64,000 bases of DNA from Cyanophora paradoxa CCMP329 (GCA_004431415.1 QPMI01000224.1:87403-151402), one strand, 5' to 3'; shown: positions 23,048 through 35,332, counted from the first letter of the stretch. The notes: generated by a model not told the origin, from the sequence alone. A program made the numbers and translations.

Positions 23048-24297
23048 ATGCCAGCGCCGCCAAGCTTCGGGTACGGCGGGCCGATCGCCTGGTTCCCGGG
23101 GCATCAGCTGAGCGCCCTGCGGACGATCCGCGGCAAGCTGAAGCAAGTCGATGTCGTTATCGAGGTCCGGGATGCGCGGGTATGTGGCTTCGACGCGAGC
23201 GTGTGCGCGCACGGTTGACCGCAAGCGCAGATACCGGTCTCCTCGGCCAACCCGGAGCTGGCAGCGGCGATACGCGACAAGGCGCGAGTGCTCGTTTTCA
23301 ACAAGGCTGATCTTGCAAACCCGAATATGAACCACGTACGCGAATCCCGGAAAGCTCTACCGATGTCGAATCGCTGAAGATGTCGAGCCCGCAGCGTGTG
23401 CAGCAGCTGCTCGATGCTGCCGGCCAGGCTGCTGTTTTCACGACGGCCACGGAGCGCGGATCAAATGTTGAGAAGGTGCGCTCTGCGCTTTGCACTACCC
23501 ACGGGTCCAACGACTTCTGCAGATCGTCCCGCTGGCTCTGGGGGGTGTACCACGCAGAGCTGCAGGCACGCCCTACCAGCTTCTCGTGATCGGAATGCCC
23601 AACCTTGGAAAGTCATCCTTGATTAACGCCATCAGGAGAAAGTTCGGAGGAATCGGTCCGCTCTCTGCTTTGGAGCAATTACTTATACGAAGCTCACTCC
23701 CTGACAGGAGGGGCTGGTGCAAAGACTGGCGGCATTCCTGGAATCACAAGACGTGTTGCTGGCTTTGTCGTAAGCAGAGATCCTTACGCCGTCCTCCATG
23801 ATACTCCGGGCATCATGGTTCCTCGTATAGAGTGCAAGGATGTTGGCCTCAGGCTCGCTGTCACTGGTGCATCGCTCCCTCGTTCTTCCAGTTTGCCGTT
23901 TTGCTGAAATGATGCAGGTGCAATCAAGGACCACCTTGTTGGCGAAGAGATCATGGCGGATTTTCTGCTGCATTCAATCAATGCGACCGGCTCAGCTGCG
24001 TATGCAAAAGCTGTCGGGCTCAAGCAAGCTACCGAGGATGTATCCATTTTGCTTCAACACATTGCAACAGCCCAGGGATTCTTTTCAGGTGGGAAGGACG
24101 GTAGCACCAAGACTCCGGATGTTCTTGCTGCAGCAAAGTGGTTTCTGAGACAGTACAGAGGAGGCCTCATTGGGCGCTACACTCTTGACAGCATCGACTC
24201 CTCAGTCACGGCAGAGGATGTGATGAACCCGAGAATAACCGATGCCTCTTCCGACTCGGATCCCGAAGCACTATCACCTGGAGAAGCAGCAAACTAG
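23048..24297 (+). CDS. MTG1: Circularly permuted GTPase of the YlqF/RbgA/MTG1 family (organellar ribosome biogenesis), multi-exon
   Basis: IAWFPGHQ, VDVVIEVRDAR|IPVSSAN, FNKADL, VIGMPNLGKSSLINA, PGIT, DTPGIM, RGGLIGRYTLD. Confidence 0.9.
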
Positions 24298-24414
24298 GGC
24301 TTCTCTATGCATAAACAGTGCTGGACGGTGGACTCACTTGCTCGTGCTCATGGCTCTGGTGCTTTCCCGACCCCCATGCATATGCCCTGCAATGGTATGG
24401 CTGAAGCCTGAGCA

Positions 24415-24625
24415 GTTCTGATCGACTCGTGGTGCTGGCACCGTGGAATTAGAGTTCCTGCTGATCGTTATTGTATGTGGGAGAAGAAGACATGCTCAAG
24501 CAGCAAACCAGATTGAAAGAAGGTTCTCGAAATCACTTGCGCCTCATGATTTTGCCTAGCTAAATGTAGCATGCTTGTCACTGCATGGATAGTGCTGCAG
24601 ACCGATAGCTCGCAATCCTTTTCAA
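24415..24625 (-). pseudogene. Degenerate partial duplicate of an exon-intron segment of the coiled-coil gene at ~37275-37480
   Basis: Exact 29-bp match 24497-24525 = 37350-37378 and exact 18-bp match 24447-24464 = 37300-37317, colinear and in the same orientation. The putative donor GT has become GA in this copy. Confidence 0.75.
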
Positions 24626-25359
24626 TTTCAATCATCGGATTTCCGAATTTCGATTTCGAATGCCGTCGGATTTTTGATTTCAAATACAAATCGAAATCGT
24701 ACCCGATTTGTCTGACTTCGAATTCCCGAGTGGCGCCAATGCGTTCAACGGTTCTTCACAACAAGCTACAGGGTACCGGGCAGCAAACGATATAGCTTTT
24801 ATTGTGCGAATTTTCATAGATGGACTTCGCGATCGGCCGGCCAGCTCGCGCGCGCTGGTGGGCTGGGCCCGCGGCCGCGGCGGCCGCGGCCGCAGCCTGG
24901 CAGTGTACATCCCACACTTGCAATTGTGTCCAGTGATTTCCGAAGTTCGCTTAAGCTTGAAAGTACGCCTCGCGTGCCCACATATGTCTGTTAGCCTACT
25001 ACGTATAGTAGGCTAGGCCGCGCAGCCTAGCCTCATGCAGTTGGCGCCCAGTAGTTAAACGTTAGCGCAGTGCGCATACTTGCACTTGCTTGTACTCCTT
25101 CTGTTGCAAACTGGCGTATTGTCCACGGGGATTGGGTCTCACAGGAAGGGTCTCTAGTTCAAGCCCCTCCGCCTCGCCCACATGCGCCCGTTACATACCA
25201 AAAGTACTTGAAGTGGATCGAGAATTACTAAGTGGACGGACAGCGGTCACACGACCAAGCGCAACCCGTTGCGTGTCAAAAGATAGTCCTATTAGTTTAC
25301 AAAAGCTTATCCCACAGGATAAACCCCGAAGAACAAGCCAAGAAAGGGCGTCGAGTTTT

Positions 25360-26427
25360 CTACTTCCACCACGGGGCCTGCGCGCAGTTTGATCAGATGT
25401 AGAAGTTTGTTTGGAAAAGAAAACGAGCGCACGGTGTTGGTGCGGAAGTCAGTCTCAGTCCAGGGCTCGAACGCGACGACGCCGTCCTCGAGGACGCTGA
25501 CGTGGGCGAGGGCGAGGGAGAGGGGAGCAGGGCCGCGGACGACCTTGCCGGTGCTGCGAAGGGCGTGAGGTGGGGGCGTGAGGTGGGGGCGGAGCGGCGG
25601 CCGGGCAGGTGGCGTGCGCACCGGTCGTACTGGGAGCCGTGGCACGGGCACATGAACTTGTTCTCCGACGCGTTCCACGGGACGACGCACCCAAGGTGAG
25701 TGCAGACGGCGTTGAGGCCGTAATTCTCGAGGGTGCCGTCCTCCTTGACGATCAGGTAGGTGGCATCGCCCTTCAGGCCCTGGGCGAGCGACCGGTCGCC
25801 GGGCTTGTGGGTCTCGAGCCAGCTCGAGACCTTGACGTCGTTGCCGAGGGCGTCCTTAGCGGCCTGGCCGGCGCCAGCACCGCCACCGGCCTTGGGCGGC
25901 ACGAGGAAGCTCACGAACGGGCCACCAGCGCCAGCAACGGGGCCAGCGATGGCGCCGAGGAGGAGCAGGTTCATGAGCTTGCGCTTGCCCATATCGGGGA
26001 CATCGTCCGAGGCAGCACTGCACGAGACCGAGAAGGTGGTCTCCTTCGCGGGCTTCGCCGCAGCGAACACCGGCTTGAACGAGCCGACCTGCGCGGTAGA
26101 ACGCAACCGAATAAGCACAACTACATCGCTCTTCGATGGCCAGCCGAGGTTCCCGCCGCCGGCCGCCAGCCGGCCGCCCAAAAAATCGTGCGCGCAGCGC
26201 GTGCCACGCCCCTATTCGCCCCGGCCGGCGGACAACTGACCTGCTTGCTGGTGCCGACGGCAACGGTCTTGCCGTTCTGGATGGCTGGAGGGCCAGGCCG
26301 CGGTCAGCACGCGCGACGGCGGGACCGACGGTTCGAAGTCGGCCGGGGCGCCCGCACCGCAAGTCGAAGACTGGCCAGTGATCTTAGCGCCGCGCGGGGC
26401 GACGACGGCGGTGGTGGTGAAGGCCAT
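25360..26427 (-). CDS. petC: Cytochrome b6f Rieske iron-sulfur subunit with plastid transit peptide, multi-exon
   Basis: [67 protein letters not shown]|APWWK*. N-terminus [15 protein letters not shown]... is a transit peptide. Confidence 0.97.
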
Positions 26428-26757
26428 GTTTCCAATCTGCTGCACAATCCCGAAGGGAGAACTGTGTACCCGGCCGAGCGGGCTACGTCAAACAAGACGT
26501 AAGGCACCACCCCACGGGGCCACGCGGGGCACGCACACCACGGGCCACGCGGGGCACGCACGCGCACGCTCTCGCGCGTAGGGAGCCTGAGGCAAGACGC
26601 TACTACATTGCCCCAGGAGGCTAGACTTGGATAGTTGGCTAGTCTTAGCTAGACTTTGCTAGACTAGAGTCCCGGCTGCCAGCGCTGGAGTCTCTTAGCT
26701 GACTTCTTTTGATGTGTCTAAGCTGAAGCTAGCTGTCATCTGCCGGCAAAGGAAGCG

Positions 26758-28287
26758 ATGCGGCGAGCGGCGCCGACAGCACCGGTAGAGGAGCCGCGGC
26801 CGGCCAAGGAGGAGCCCAAAGCCTCAAAGAAGCCCGGATCGGAAGCCTGGCGCCAGCAGCGCCTGTCGGGCCAGCGGCCGATCCTGTCGACTCGATGGCT
26901 GACGATCCTCTTCGCCGCCGTCGCCGCGCTCTTCATACCGCTCGGTGCATGAACCCGAAGGGGTGAGACCCTAGAACGAGCTCGGCGGAGCTGAGCGAGG
27001 ATGCGCAGGCATCGCTGCGCTTGTTGCGTCCCGAAGCGTCGTCGAAATACGGAAGAACTACGTGCCAGAAGTGCGCATGCGCCATTTCCCGCGCCGATGC
27101 GTCTCGAGCGTGCTTTTAAGCACTCGACCGCAGGTCTGCACAAGCGGCAGTAGCACGTGTGAGAGAGGACCCGAGCGCCGGCGCGCTCCAGCTGACGGGG
27201 ACCCTCAGGTTCTGTGACGATTGAGGTGGAGCAGGACATTAAGGGCCCGCTGATGTTTTACTACGAGATCGAGAACTTCTATCAGGCGCGCGGGGCTGGC
27301 GCCGCCCCCGGCTTCGCTCAACAGCCGCGCAGAACTACCGGACGTTCGTGCGCAGCACGAGCGAGAAGCAGCTGAGCGGCAAGGAGGTCGCGCCGGAAGC
27401 CGTGCGCGCCTCCCTGGGCGCTGCCGGCGGGCGAGGCGGGCGGCTCACCTCGGGGGGCAGGACTGCGGGTCGTTGACGAACCTGGAGCAGCGGGCGCCGT
27501 ACTACGTACCGGGGCTTAGCGCGCCGGTGACCTTCTCGGGGCAGTGCGGAGCGGATGGGACGGGATGCCTGAGCCCGTGCGGGATCATCGCGTGGAGCCA
27601 GTTCAACGACACGTTCGCCCTCTTCGACGCGGCGGGGGCGCCCGTCCCCTGGGACTCCTCCGGCGTCGCCGGCCCGTGGCTCAAGCGCAAGTTCAAGAAC
27701 CGCGCCGCCTGCGTGGACGCCTCGGGGGCCTTCACGCGGGACCCCGCTGGTGCGTGGGGCGTCGGCGGGGCCCCGCGCCGGCGGGGGCCGAGCGGGGCGG
27801 GGCGGGGCGGCAGTGATCGCGGCGCGCGGCTGCTTCGACGTCGAGGACGAGTCCTTCATCGTCTGGATGCAGACCTCCGCCCTCCCCTCCTTCCGCAAGG
27901 CCCGCCCGCCCGCCCCGCCCCGCCCCCGCCCCGCCCCGCTGAGGGCCGCGGGGGCGCAGCTGCACCGGGTGCTTCGGGACGGGCTGAAGGCGGGGACGTA
28001 CCGGGTGGCGGTGGGGAACTGGTACCCCGTGGAGGCGTTCGGGGGCCGCAAGTCGCTCGTCTTCTCCACCGCCTCCTGGGTCGGCTCTCGCGGCGACTTC
28101 CTCGGTGCCCGCGCCCGCGCCCGCGTGCCCCGCCCCGGGGGCGACGGTGTGCGCAGGGATCGCGCTGATCGTCATGGGCTCCATCGCGGCGCTCTGCGCG
28201 CTCTTCATCGCCACCGCCCACCTCTGCCTCCCCGTCCGCAAGCCGGCCGACCCCGCCGCCATCAAGTGGGCCCCGCACGCCGACTAA
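26758..28287 (+). CDS. CDC50: CDC50/LEM3 family P4-ATPase flippase beta subunit, multi-exon
   Basis: WRQQRLSGQRPIL, FIPLG, YYEIENFYQ|NYRTFVRS, PCGIIAWSQFNDTF, EDESFIVWMQTSALPSFRK|LH, YPVEAFGGRKSLVFSTASWVG, and a C-terminal TM. Confidence 0.93.
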
Positions 28288-28410
28288 CCCCCGGATCGAA
28301 CCCTCGGGCCCACCCAGCGGGCAGAGGCTGTGTATACATACTCGTGCAATGAGCATTTGGACTCTGCCGCATGAGAGGGCAGAGGGCGCGGGAGCGGGGG
28401 CCGGGGCGGG

Positions 28411-30411
28411 TCAGGGGGCGGTCTCGGCGCGGTACTCGCCGGCCTTGGTCTGGCGGAGGACGTTGAGGGGCGCATCGCCGGCGAAGGCGCGCAGCTCGAC
28501 GCCGCTGAGGAGGGCGTCGCGGAGCACGAAGCTCGCCTTTACGGGCGGCACCGCCCCGCTCGCCGGCTCCGAGGCGAGCTCGAAGCGGGCGACGAGCTTG
28601 CCGGGGGCGGCCCCCGGGGCGAGGGGCGGGGCGCGGAGGAGGGCGGTGGCGCCGTCGATGGCGGCGGAGGCGGCGGGGGGCTCGGGGGCGAGGGCGCAGG
28701 AGGTGGCGGGGGCGGGGAGGGGGACGGTGAAGGCGAGGTCGGCGAGGGCGTGGGGGAAGCCCTTGGGGGGCGCGTACTGCAGCACGAGCTCTGCGGCGGG
28801 GCCCTCGACGCGCCACCCCACCATCAGGTAGAGCGGCACCGGCCGGTGCGCCGGCCCCACGCGGTACCGCAGCACGCTCCCCTTCCGGCTGCCCCCGGGG
28901 CCCGCCCCCGCCGCCCCCTCCCCGAAGAGCTCCCCGGGCGCCCCGCACTCCCACGCCGCCGCCAGGGGCGACCCCGGCCCGCCGCCCCGTCGCCGGGCAC
29001 CAGCCCCGGCGCGCACGAGACGAGCTCGGGGGCCGCCGCGGCCCCCGGTGCGAACGCCAGGCGGAGCGGGCCCGGCGCCTCGCCCGGCGGGACCTTGCTG
29101 AGGAGGCAGACCTGCGGCGCCGGCTGCGGTCAGCGCGGCGGGGCGGGGCGGGGGCGCGGGGACGGGGCGCGCCTCGCCGACGCAGAGGTACTTCTGCACG
29201 ACGCGGTTCTGCCCGAAGACGATGTGCACCAGCTCCTGCTGGGTCACCGCCAGAGCGCCCGCCGCCCCGCCGCCCCCGCGGCGGCGGAGACGCCCCAGCG
29301 GCGGCGGCGGCGGCGGTGCCGGGCGCGCTTGGGAGTGGCGCGGCGGAGGTTGGAGAAGTGGGGGCGGGTGCGGCGAGTGCTGGCGCGGGTGCGGGTGCGG
29401 GGTCGGGGATGGGCGTCGAGACGGTTTCCGGGGCAGGGGCGGGGACGGGGACGGGTGCTGGCGCATGCTCGGTGTCGATGGCGGGGGCGGCAGCTGACGC
29501 TGCGGTGGGGGCAGCGGCCAGCGCCGGGGTGGGGGCAGGCGCCGGGGCGGGGGCAGGAGTGGGCGCTAGGGCGGCAGCGCCCAAAGCTGCCGCGGGCGGA
29601 GGCGGCATCGATCTTGAGGGGGGAAGCGGCGGGGGACTCTGGCGGGCGGGGAGGGGAGGGGCGGTCTGGGTGGGGGCCGGGGAGGCGGAGGAGGGGCCGG
29701 GGCCCGTGGAGGCGACGCGGGGGAGGGGCGGCGGGCCGGCTTGCGCGGGGAACGTCGCCGAGCGCGGCGGGAGCGGCGGCGGGGCGGAGATCGTCCTCGG
29801 CGACGGGCCGCGCGGCTCCTGTTTTTCCCTCGGGCTCCCCAGCGCCGCCTCCGATGGCACTGGCGGCGGCGCTGGCGCCGGCGCTGCGGGGGCGGGGGCT
29901 TGAGCCGGTGCGGCGGCCGTCCGCGGCGACGTCTGCAGGGGCGGCGCCGCGGACTCCACCGCCTCGGGTGCAGTGGTGGCTGGCTTTGCGGGAGGACTCG
30001 GCGCAGAAGCGAGCGCAGCCGGCACGGGCGAAGGCGCTTGCGGAGACGCGGCTCGGGGTTCCTGCGCGGGAGCCGGGGCCGATGCGACAGGCTGGGAAGC
30101 CGGCGCGCCCGTCGGCGTGGACGCGCTGCGGTCATGGTCGGTGGCTTGACGCGCAGTCGCCGCGGGCCGGCTCACCTCACGCGACGTTCGACCACAGGCT
30201 TGCCATTGACCGCTGCTTCGGCTTTCGAAGTCTCGGCCAGGGCCTCCTCGCGCGTAAGGATGGACGGAACGAGTAACTGCGGCTCCTCCTCGTACTGGCT
30301 TGTCCGGTACCTGTAATCGTTGTTGGGCGTGCCGGCTGGCGTGTGGAGCGCCCAGTCGGGGACTTTGAGCGCGAACGCTTGCAGCGCGGCGGTCCAGGCA
30401 TCCGCTTCCAT
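28411..30411 (-). CDS. Protein with a Pro/Ala-rich linker and a C-terminal muniscin-type mu-homology domain (TCUP/TML/FCHo-like)
   Basis: ALAVTQQELVHIVF...KYLCVGE, SVLRYRV...PVPLYLMVGWRVEGPAAELVLQY, GKLVARFEL, VKASF...LLSGVEL...VLRQTKAGEYRA resemble the SGIP/FCHo muHD. The middle is a long PPPLP-rich region. Confidence 0.7.
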
Positions 30412-30532
30412 CGATCGCTCACGCGCACGTCTGTTTCCTAGACGCGTACCCCTCCAAGGCTAACCCCCCTAGGCGGAGGCGTGCCAGCGCGCTCCCTCTC
30501 AAGGGGCTGCCAGCACGCTCGCGATCTTAACC

Positions 30533-32246
30533 ATGTCGTCTTCGGCATCGGCCGCCCCGACGCCGCCAGAGAGGCAAATCATGTTCGCCGCCAGCGTCCT
30601 TCAGCTGGAGCGTCTCCCGCCGTTAGGGGCGCGTCCGGGCGGTCTCCGGCCTCACCAGAGCTCGGCCATGCCGTTAAAGTGCAGCTCTTTCATGGGCAAA
30701 CGCATCCGGACGGCGCCCGAGTTCGCGGCTCGCGGCCACTTCGAGCCAGCCCGAGCGGAGACGAGCAGCGGCGGCGATCCTGCCGAGCCACATCATACAC
30801 GCGTGGGCACTTTCGTGGGCACTGTGAGCAGACGGCAGGCCGCAGGGGCCCTCAGCACAACTCTTTTGGCCGGAGCCGCTGCGATGGCGTCGAGGGAGAA
30901 CAGCGTCGCGCCCGCAGCGTCGGAGCTCGCCGGCATGATCTACGACACGACGGCCTCCTCGTTTCTTCCTCCGCGGCCCGCCTTCCTCCGCCGCTTCCGC
31001 GAGCGCGTCACGCGAGGCTCCATAATCGCTGTGGGAGAGACGCACTCGCACCTGACGCACCACAAGGTTCAACTTGAGCTCCTCAGGTAGAGACCGGGCA
31101 CTCCTGTCGTTCTATCGTGGTTGTCTCTGACTAACGCGCGCAGGTCGGCGCACCAGTTCTCGCGCAACGTGGCTCTGGGCGGCGAGATGTTCCTATCCGA
31201 GCACCAGGTGCGAGGCTTGCCTCCCTCCCCGGCGTCGCCGGCCCCCGATCGCCCGGCAGCCCTTCCTGGACGCGTACGTCTCTGGCGCCATGTCCATGTC
31301 CGCCAGCTTCCCACCCCCGGCCCGGCGCCCCCGCGCCGCTGTCTGACCCGCGCGCCCCAGGCGCACCCTCGTCCGCAAGCTCCAGTGGAACAGCACCTGG
31401 GGCTATGATATAAAGCTCTACGCCCCCCTCCTGCGCTTCTGCAGGCTTCATCAGATCCCCATTGCGGGCCTCAACATATCCCCCGCCATCGCGTCGAAAG
31501 TGGGGAAGCTGTGCGCCCCACCGGGCCCCGGGCCCGGGCGGCTAGCGCTCGTGCCGCCCGGTCCCTGACGTGCGGCGCTGGCAGGGGCCTGGAGGGCCTG
31601 AGCGACGCGGAGCGCCGGCAGCTGCCCGAGCTCGACCTCGACAATGCCGAGCACCTCGCCGACTTTCTCAAAATCATGGCCTCCTCGGGGTTCGTGGGCG
31701 CCCACGGTGGCATCTCGATGGAGAAGCTCCGCTCCTACTACCACGTGAAGGTGCCTTGACGGGGGCTGCGGGGGCGCTGCGGGTGGGCCGAGCGCGGGGC
31801 GTGCAGGTGCTGTGGGACGAGCACATGGCGGAGAAGGCGTCCCGCTTCGCCATCGAGCGCGGCATCGTCGCCCGAGGGCCCGACGGCGCCTACGCCCCCG
31901 CCGGCACCTTCCTCCTCCTCTGCGGCTCCGCCCACGTCGAGAACCGCCGCGGCGTCCCCGACCGCATTAAGCGAAGAATCGGCATCGACGTGGGCCCTCA
32001 CCCGCCCCGCCTCCCTTGCGCCGGCTTCGTCTGAGCGGGGCCGGCGGCCGGGCAGCCCTTCGTGGTGGTCCCGCGACAGGTGGAGTTCGACCGCTATGCC
32101 CAGCCCGTCATCGCCCAGCTCCCCGACAGATCCGAGGCCGATTGGATATGGTGCTTGCGCCCGCCCTGCACCCCGTCGCGCCTCCCCACACCTGCCAACT
32201 CGCCCGCCTCTGCAGGTACGGGCCCCGCGAGATCGACCTGGTGTAG
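30533..32246 (+). CDS. ChaN/DUF399 (Tiki/TraB superfamily, haem-binding uptake-like) protein, probably plastid-targeted, multi-exon; alternative start at 30580
   Basis: IIAVGETHSHLTHHKVQLELL, VALGGEMF, WNSTWGYDIKLYAPLLRFCRLHQIPIAGLNI, VLWDEHMAE, LLCGSAHVENRRGVPDRIKRR, ADWIW. Confidence 0.85.
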
Positions 32247-32637
32247 ATGAAGACCTAATCCAGCTTTGCTTTCCTTCTTTTCCGCTTTCTGGTTTCTTTG
32301 CTACTGGCCATCGCCAGGCCATTATGTGTAAATTCTTGTATACTAGTACTTGTATCATCTCTTCCTTTACGTGTACGAGTAAAATTTGGCATGCATGTGC
32401 AGTAGCGGCGCGGGGCGGTGCATGGCGAGCCGGCGCCCGCGGCCGGGCGGGCCGGGGCGGCTGGCAGTGGGGTACCGCGTACGTATACTGCCGCACTTCC
32501 GGAGCCCGTCGACGTCAACGTCCCGTCCGTCGACGTCTGACCGACCGCATTGCGAGCTTATCCAGCAAACAGCCAAGCAGCCGCCTGGAAACCGTCCGGG
32601 CGCCCGCGCGCTCGCAGCTAAGCTGCCCGAGTAGCCG

Positions 32638-34432
32638 ATGGGCCGGCCCGTGTCGTCCGAGCCCGCAGGGGCGCGCCCAAAGGCGGCCGCCGCGCTTCAG
32701 CGGTACTTCGGGCCTCTCCTGGAGAAAGCGGGTGTTTCTCGCGCCACGCTTCCGTTCGCGCTCGCCGTCCTCGCGCTGGACCTGCTTCTTAACGTCGTCA
32801 TCATCTACCGCGTGCCGTGTTCGTGGAGCGCGGCGCGGTCGAAGCGCGGACGGGGACGCTGACGCGCCAGCAGACACGGAGATCGACTGGGTCGCGTACA
32901 TGCAGCAGGTGGAGATGTACGTGGCGGGCGAGCGGAACTACACGCAGATCAGGGGCGACACGGGCCACCTGCCCTACCCAGCGGGGCACCTGTGGATCTA
33001 CGTCGCGCTCTGGCGCCTCTCGGGCAACGGGGCGAACATACGGCTCATGCAGTTCCTCTTCGGCGGCCTGCACACCCTCGTCCTCGCCGTCGTTCTCGCC
33101 TGCTACATCAAGACCCGTGCGGTGCGTGGCGCCCGGCGCCGAGCTCCCCGCCGCTCCCCCGCCGACCCGTTCGGCAGGTCCCGGTGTGGGTGCTGGCGCT
33201 GCCGGCCCTCTCGCGGCGCATCCACTCGATCTTCGTGCTGCGGCTCTTCAACGACTGCTTCGCGGCGCTCTTCGCCTATGTCGCCCTCTACCTGCTCGCC
33301 TCCCGCCGCCCCACCGCCGCCTGCTTCTTCTTCAGGTGCCTGCTGCCCGCCACCGGCGCTGACCCACTTGGATCACGCCGACGGCGCCCCTGGGCCCCGC
33401 CGGCAGCGTCGGGATCTCGGTGAAGATGAACGTGCTTCTGTACGCCCCCGCGCTGCTGCTCCTGCTCGTTAAGGCGGACGGCCTCCTCCGCGCCATCCCG
33501 CCCCTCCTCCTCGGCGCCGCGTGGCAGGCGCGCACAGTGCGCGGCGCGCCTCTCCCGCCGCCGGCCGACGGGCCCCCCGCGCGCAGGTGGCGGTCGCGGG
33601 CCCGTTCCTGGCGACGTACCCGTGGGAGTACGCGTCGCGGGCGTTCAACTTCGGGCGGCAGTTCATCTACTACTGGTCGGTGAACTTCAAGATGGTTCCC
33701 GAGGAGCTCTTCCTGAGCCGCCCCTTCGCCGCGTCGCTCCTCGCCACGCACCTCGTCCTCATCCTCGGCTTCGCCCACTTCCGCTGGTGCCGGTGCGCCG
33801 CCCCTGCCCTCCCCGCCCCGCACCGCCCCGGCTAGCCCCGGACCCCGCCTCGCCCGCGCAGGCACGAGGGGGGCCTGCTGCGGGCGGTGCTGAACCTGCC
33901 GGCGGCGGCGGCGAGGAAGGGCGCCCGGGGGCGCTCCCTCGTCCAGACGGCCCTCGGGGCGAGGGGCGCCGCGCTCAACCCGGACCATATCCTCCCGCCG
34001 CCCCCGCGCGCCCCTCCCCTGCGATTGCGAGGCGCGCGCCCTGGGGCCGGAGCGAGCGGGCCTTGACCCGTGCGCGTCGCACATGTGGTGACCGTGATGC
34101 TCGCGTGCAACCTGCTGGGAATTCTATGTGCCCGCACCCTCCACTACCAGTTCTACGTCTGGTACTTCCACGGCCTCCCCTTCCTCCTCTGGAAGTGCCC
34201 CTGGCCCTCTCCCCTGCGGTGCGCCCCTGCGCCCCCACGCCGGCCCGCCAGCGACGCCCTCCCGCTGGCGCCGGGCAGGCTCGTCGTGCTCGCGGCCGTG
34301 GAGGCGATGTGGAACATCTTCCCGAGCCGCGCCTGGCAGTCTGCCCTCCTCTTCTTCTGCCACACCCTCGTCGTCGTCGGCCTCTGGCTCGCCCCCACCG
34401 AGGCCCCCCTCACGAAGAGCAAGGGCACTTGA
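32638..34432 (+). CDS. ALG3: Dol-P-Man:Man5GlcNAc2-PP-Dol alpha-1,3-mannosyltransferase, multi-exon
   Basis: TEIDWVAYMQQVE, GERNYTQIRGDTGHLPYPAGH, SRRIHSIFVLRLFND, VKMNVLLYAP, RQFIYYWSVNFK, RTLHYQFYVWYFH. Confidence 0.96.
33987..34082 (+). other. U12-type (minor spliceosome) AT-AC intron in ALG3
   Basis: Donor ATATCCTC at 33987, branch-point-like CCTTGAC at 34061-34067, acceptor CAC ending at 34082. Removal gives LNPDHVVTVMLACN in frame; read-through hits TGA. Confidence 0.88.
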
Positions 34433-34664
34433 TTTATCAGACGAATACAGCGCATTGAATCACACTACTGCGGCGCGCGCGCACGCAGCCGTGTCTTGCC
34501 GATTGTCGCAGAACTCGCTGGCTGCCGATGGACACCAGTACGAACGCTGGAAACAGGGTCGAGCGCTGTGCACGCGATGGCATTGCGCTCGCCACTGGGC
34601 TGGTCGAGCTCCGCCAGGGGCACGTAGCCTCCAAGAAGAGAGAGAAGCCAAAGCAGGGCTCTCT

Positions 34665-35332
34665 TTATGCCTTCTCCTTGTCCTGCGACCATTGCTCGCG
34701 GCACTTCGTGCAGCTGCGCCCGCGGTGAGCGCAGCCGCGCAAGTGAGAGACCATATCAGCGCCGCACATGAAGTACAGGGTCATGGGCTCGTCAGGCCGA
34801 CGGCCGGGCTTCTGGAAGAACACCACGGGGCTGGAGCCTCCGAACTGCGCGTCGACGCAATTCCGCGGGCAGGACACGTCGGTCGTTCTGGGAAGCGTTG
34901 GGTCCGAAACGAGGTCGTCGGAGATGTTTATCTTCGCGCTGTCCGGGGCGAGGGCAGGCCGTCAAAGAGGCGAGCGTGAGCTCTGGGATCGGCGCGGCGC
35001 CTACCCAGCGCGCTCGACAATCTCGTGCCTGTACACGCAGTGCTCGAGCTCCGCCGCCGCCTCCTTGTGGTCGCAAATCCTGCAGTAAAACTGAAGTTCC
35101 TTGGCGCCGTCCTCCTTGTTCTCCTGCGCCCGCACCACGTTAGACGGCTTAACCGAACATTGACGAGCCGCTCCGGACCTTCGGATAGAGCATGTTGTTG
35201 CTGCGCGTTCGACGCACGGCAAGCGGCGGCGGAGATCAGCCAGGCGTCGAGGCCGAGCGGCGAAAGTAGGACGCAAAAAAACGAGTCGCACCAGTTCCTG
35301 CAGAAGCGCATAGACACGAAAGACGCCGCCAT
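34665..35332 (-). CDS. RPB9: RNA polymerase II subunit RPB9, multi-exon
   Basis: MRFCRNC|NNMLYPK|ENKE, LQFYCRICDH, CVYRHEI, DLVSDPTLPRT, VVFFQ, MTLYFICTKCREQW. Confidence 0.92.

Noticed and set aside
25110-25185. tRNA-like GTTCAAGCCC motif
   Set aside because: No consistent acceptor, D or anticodon stems could be built. It lies in the likely petC 3' region.
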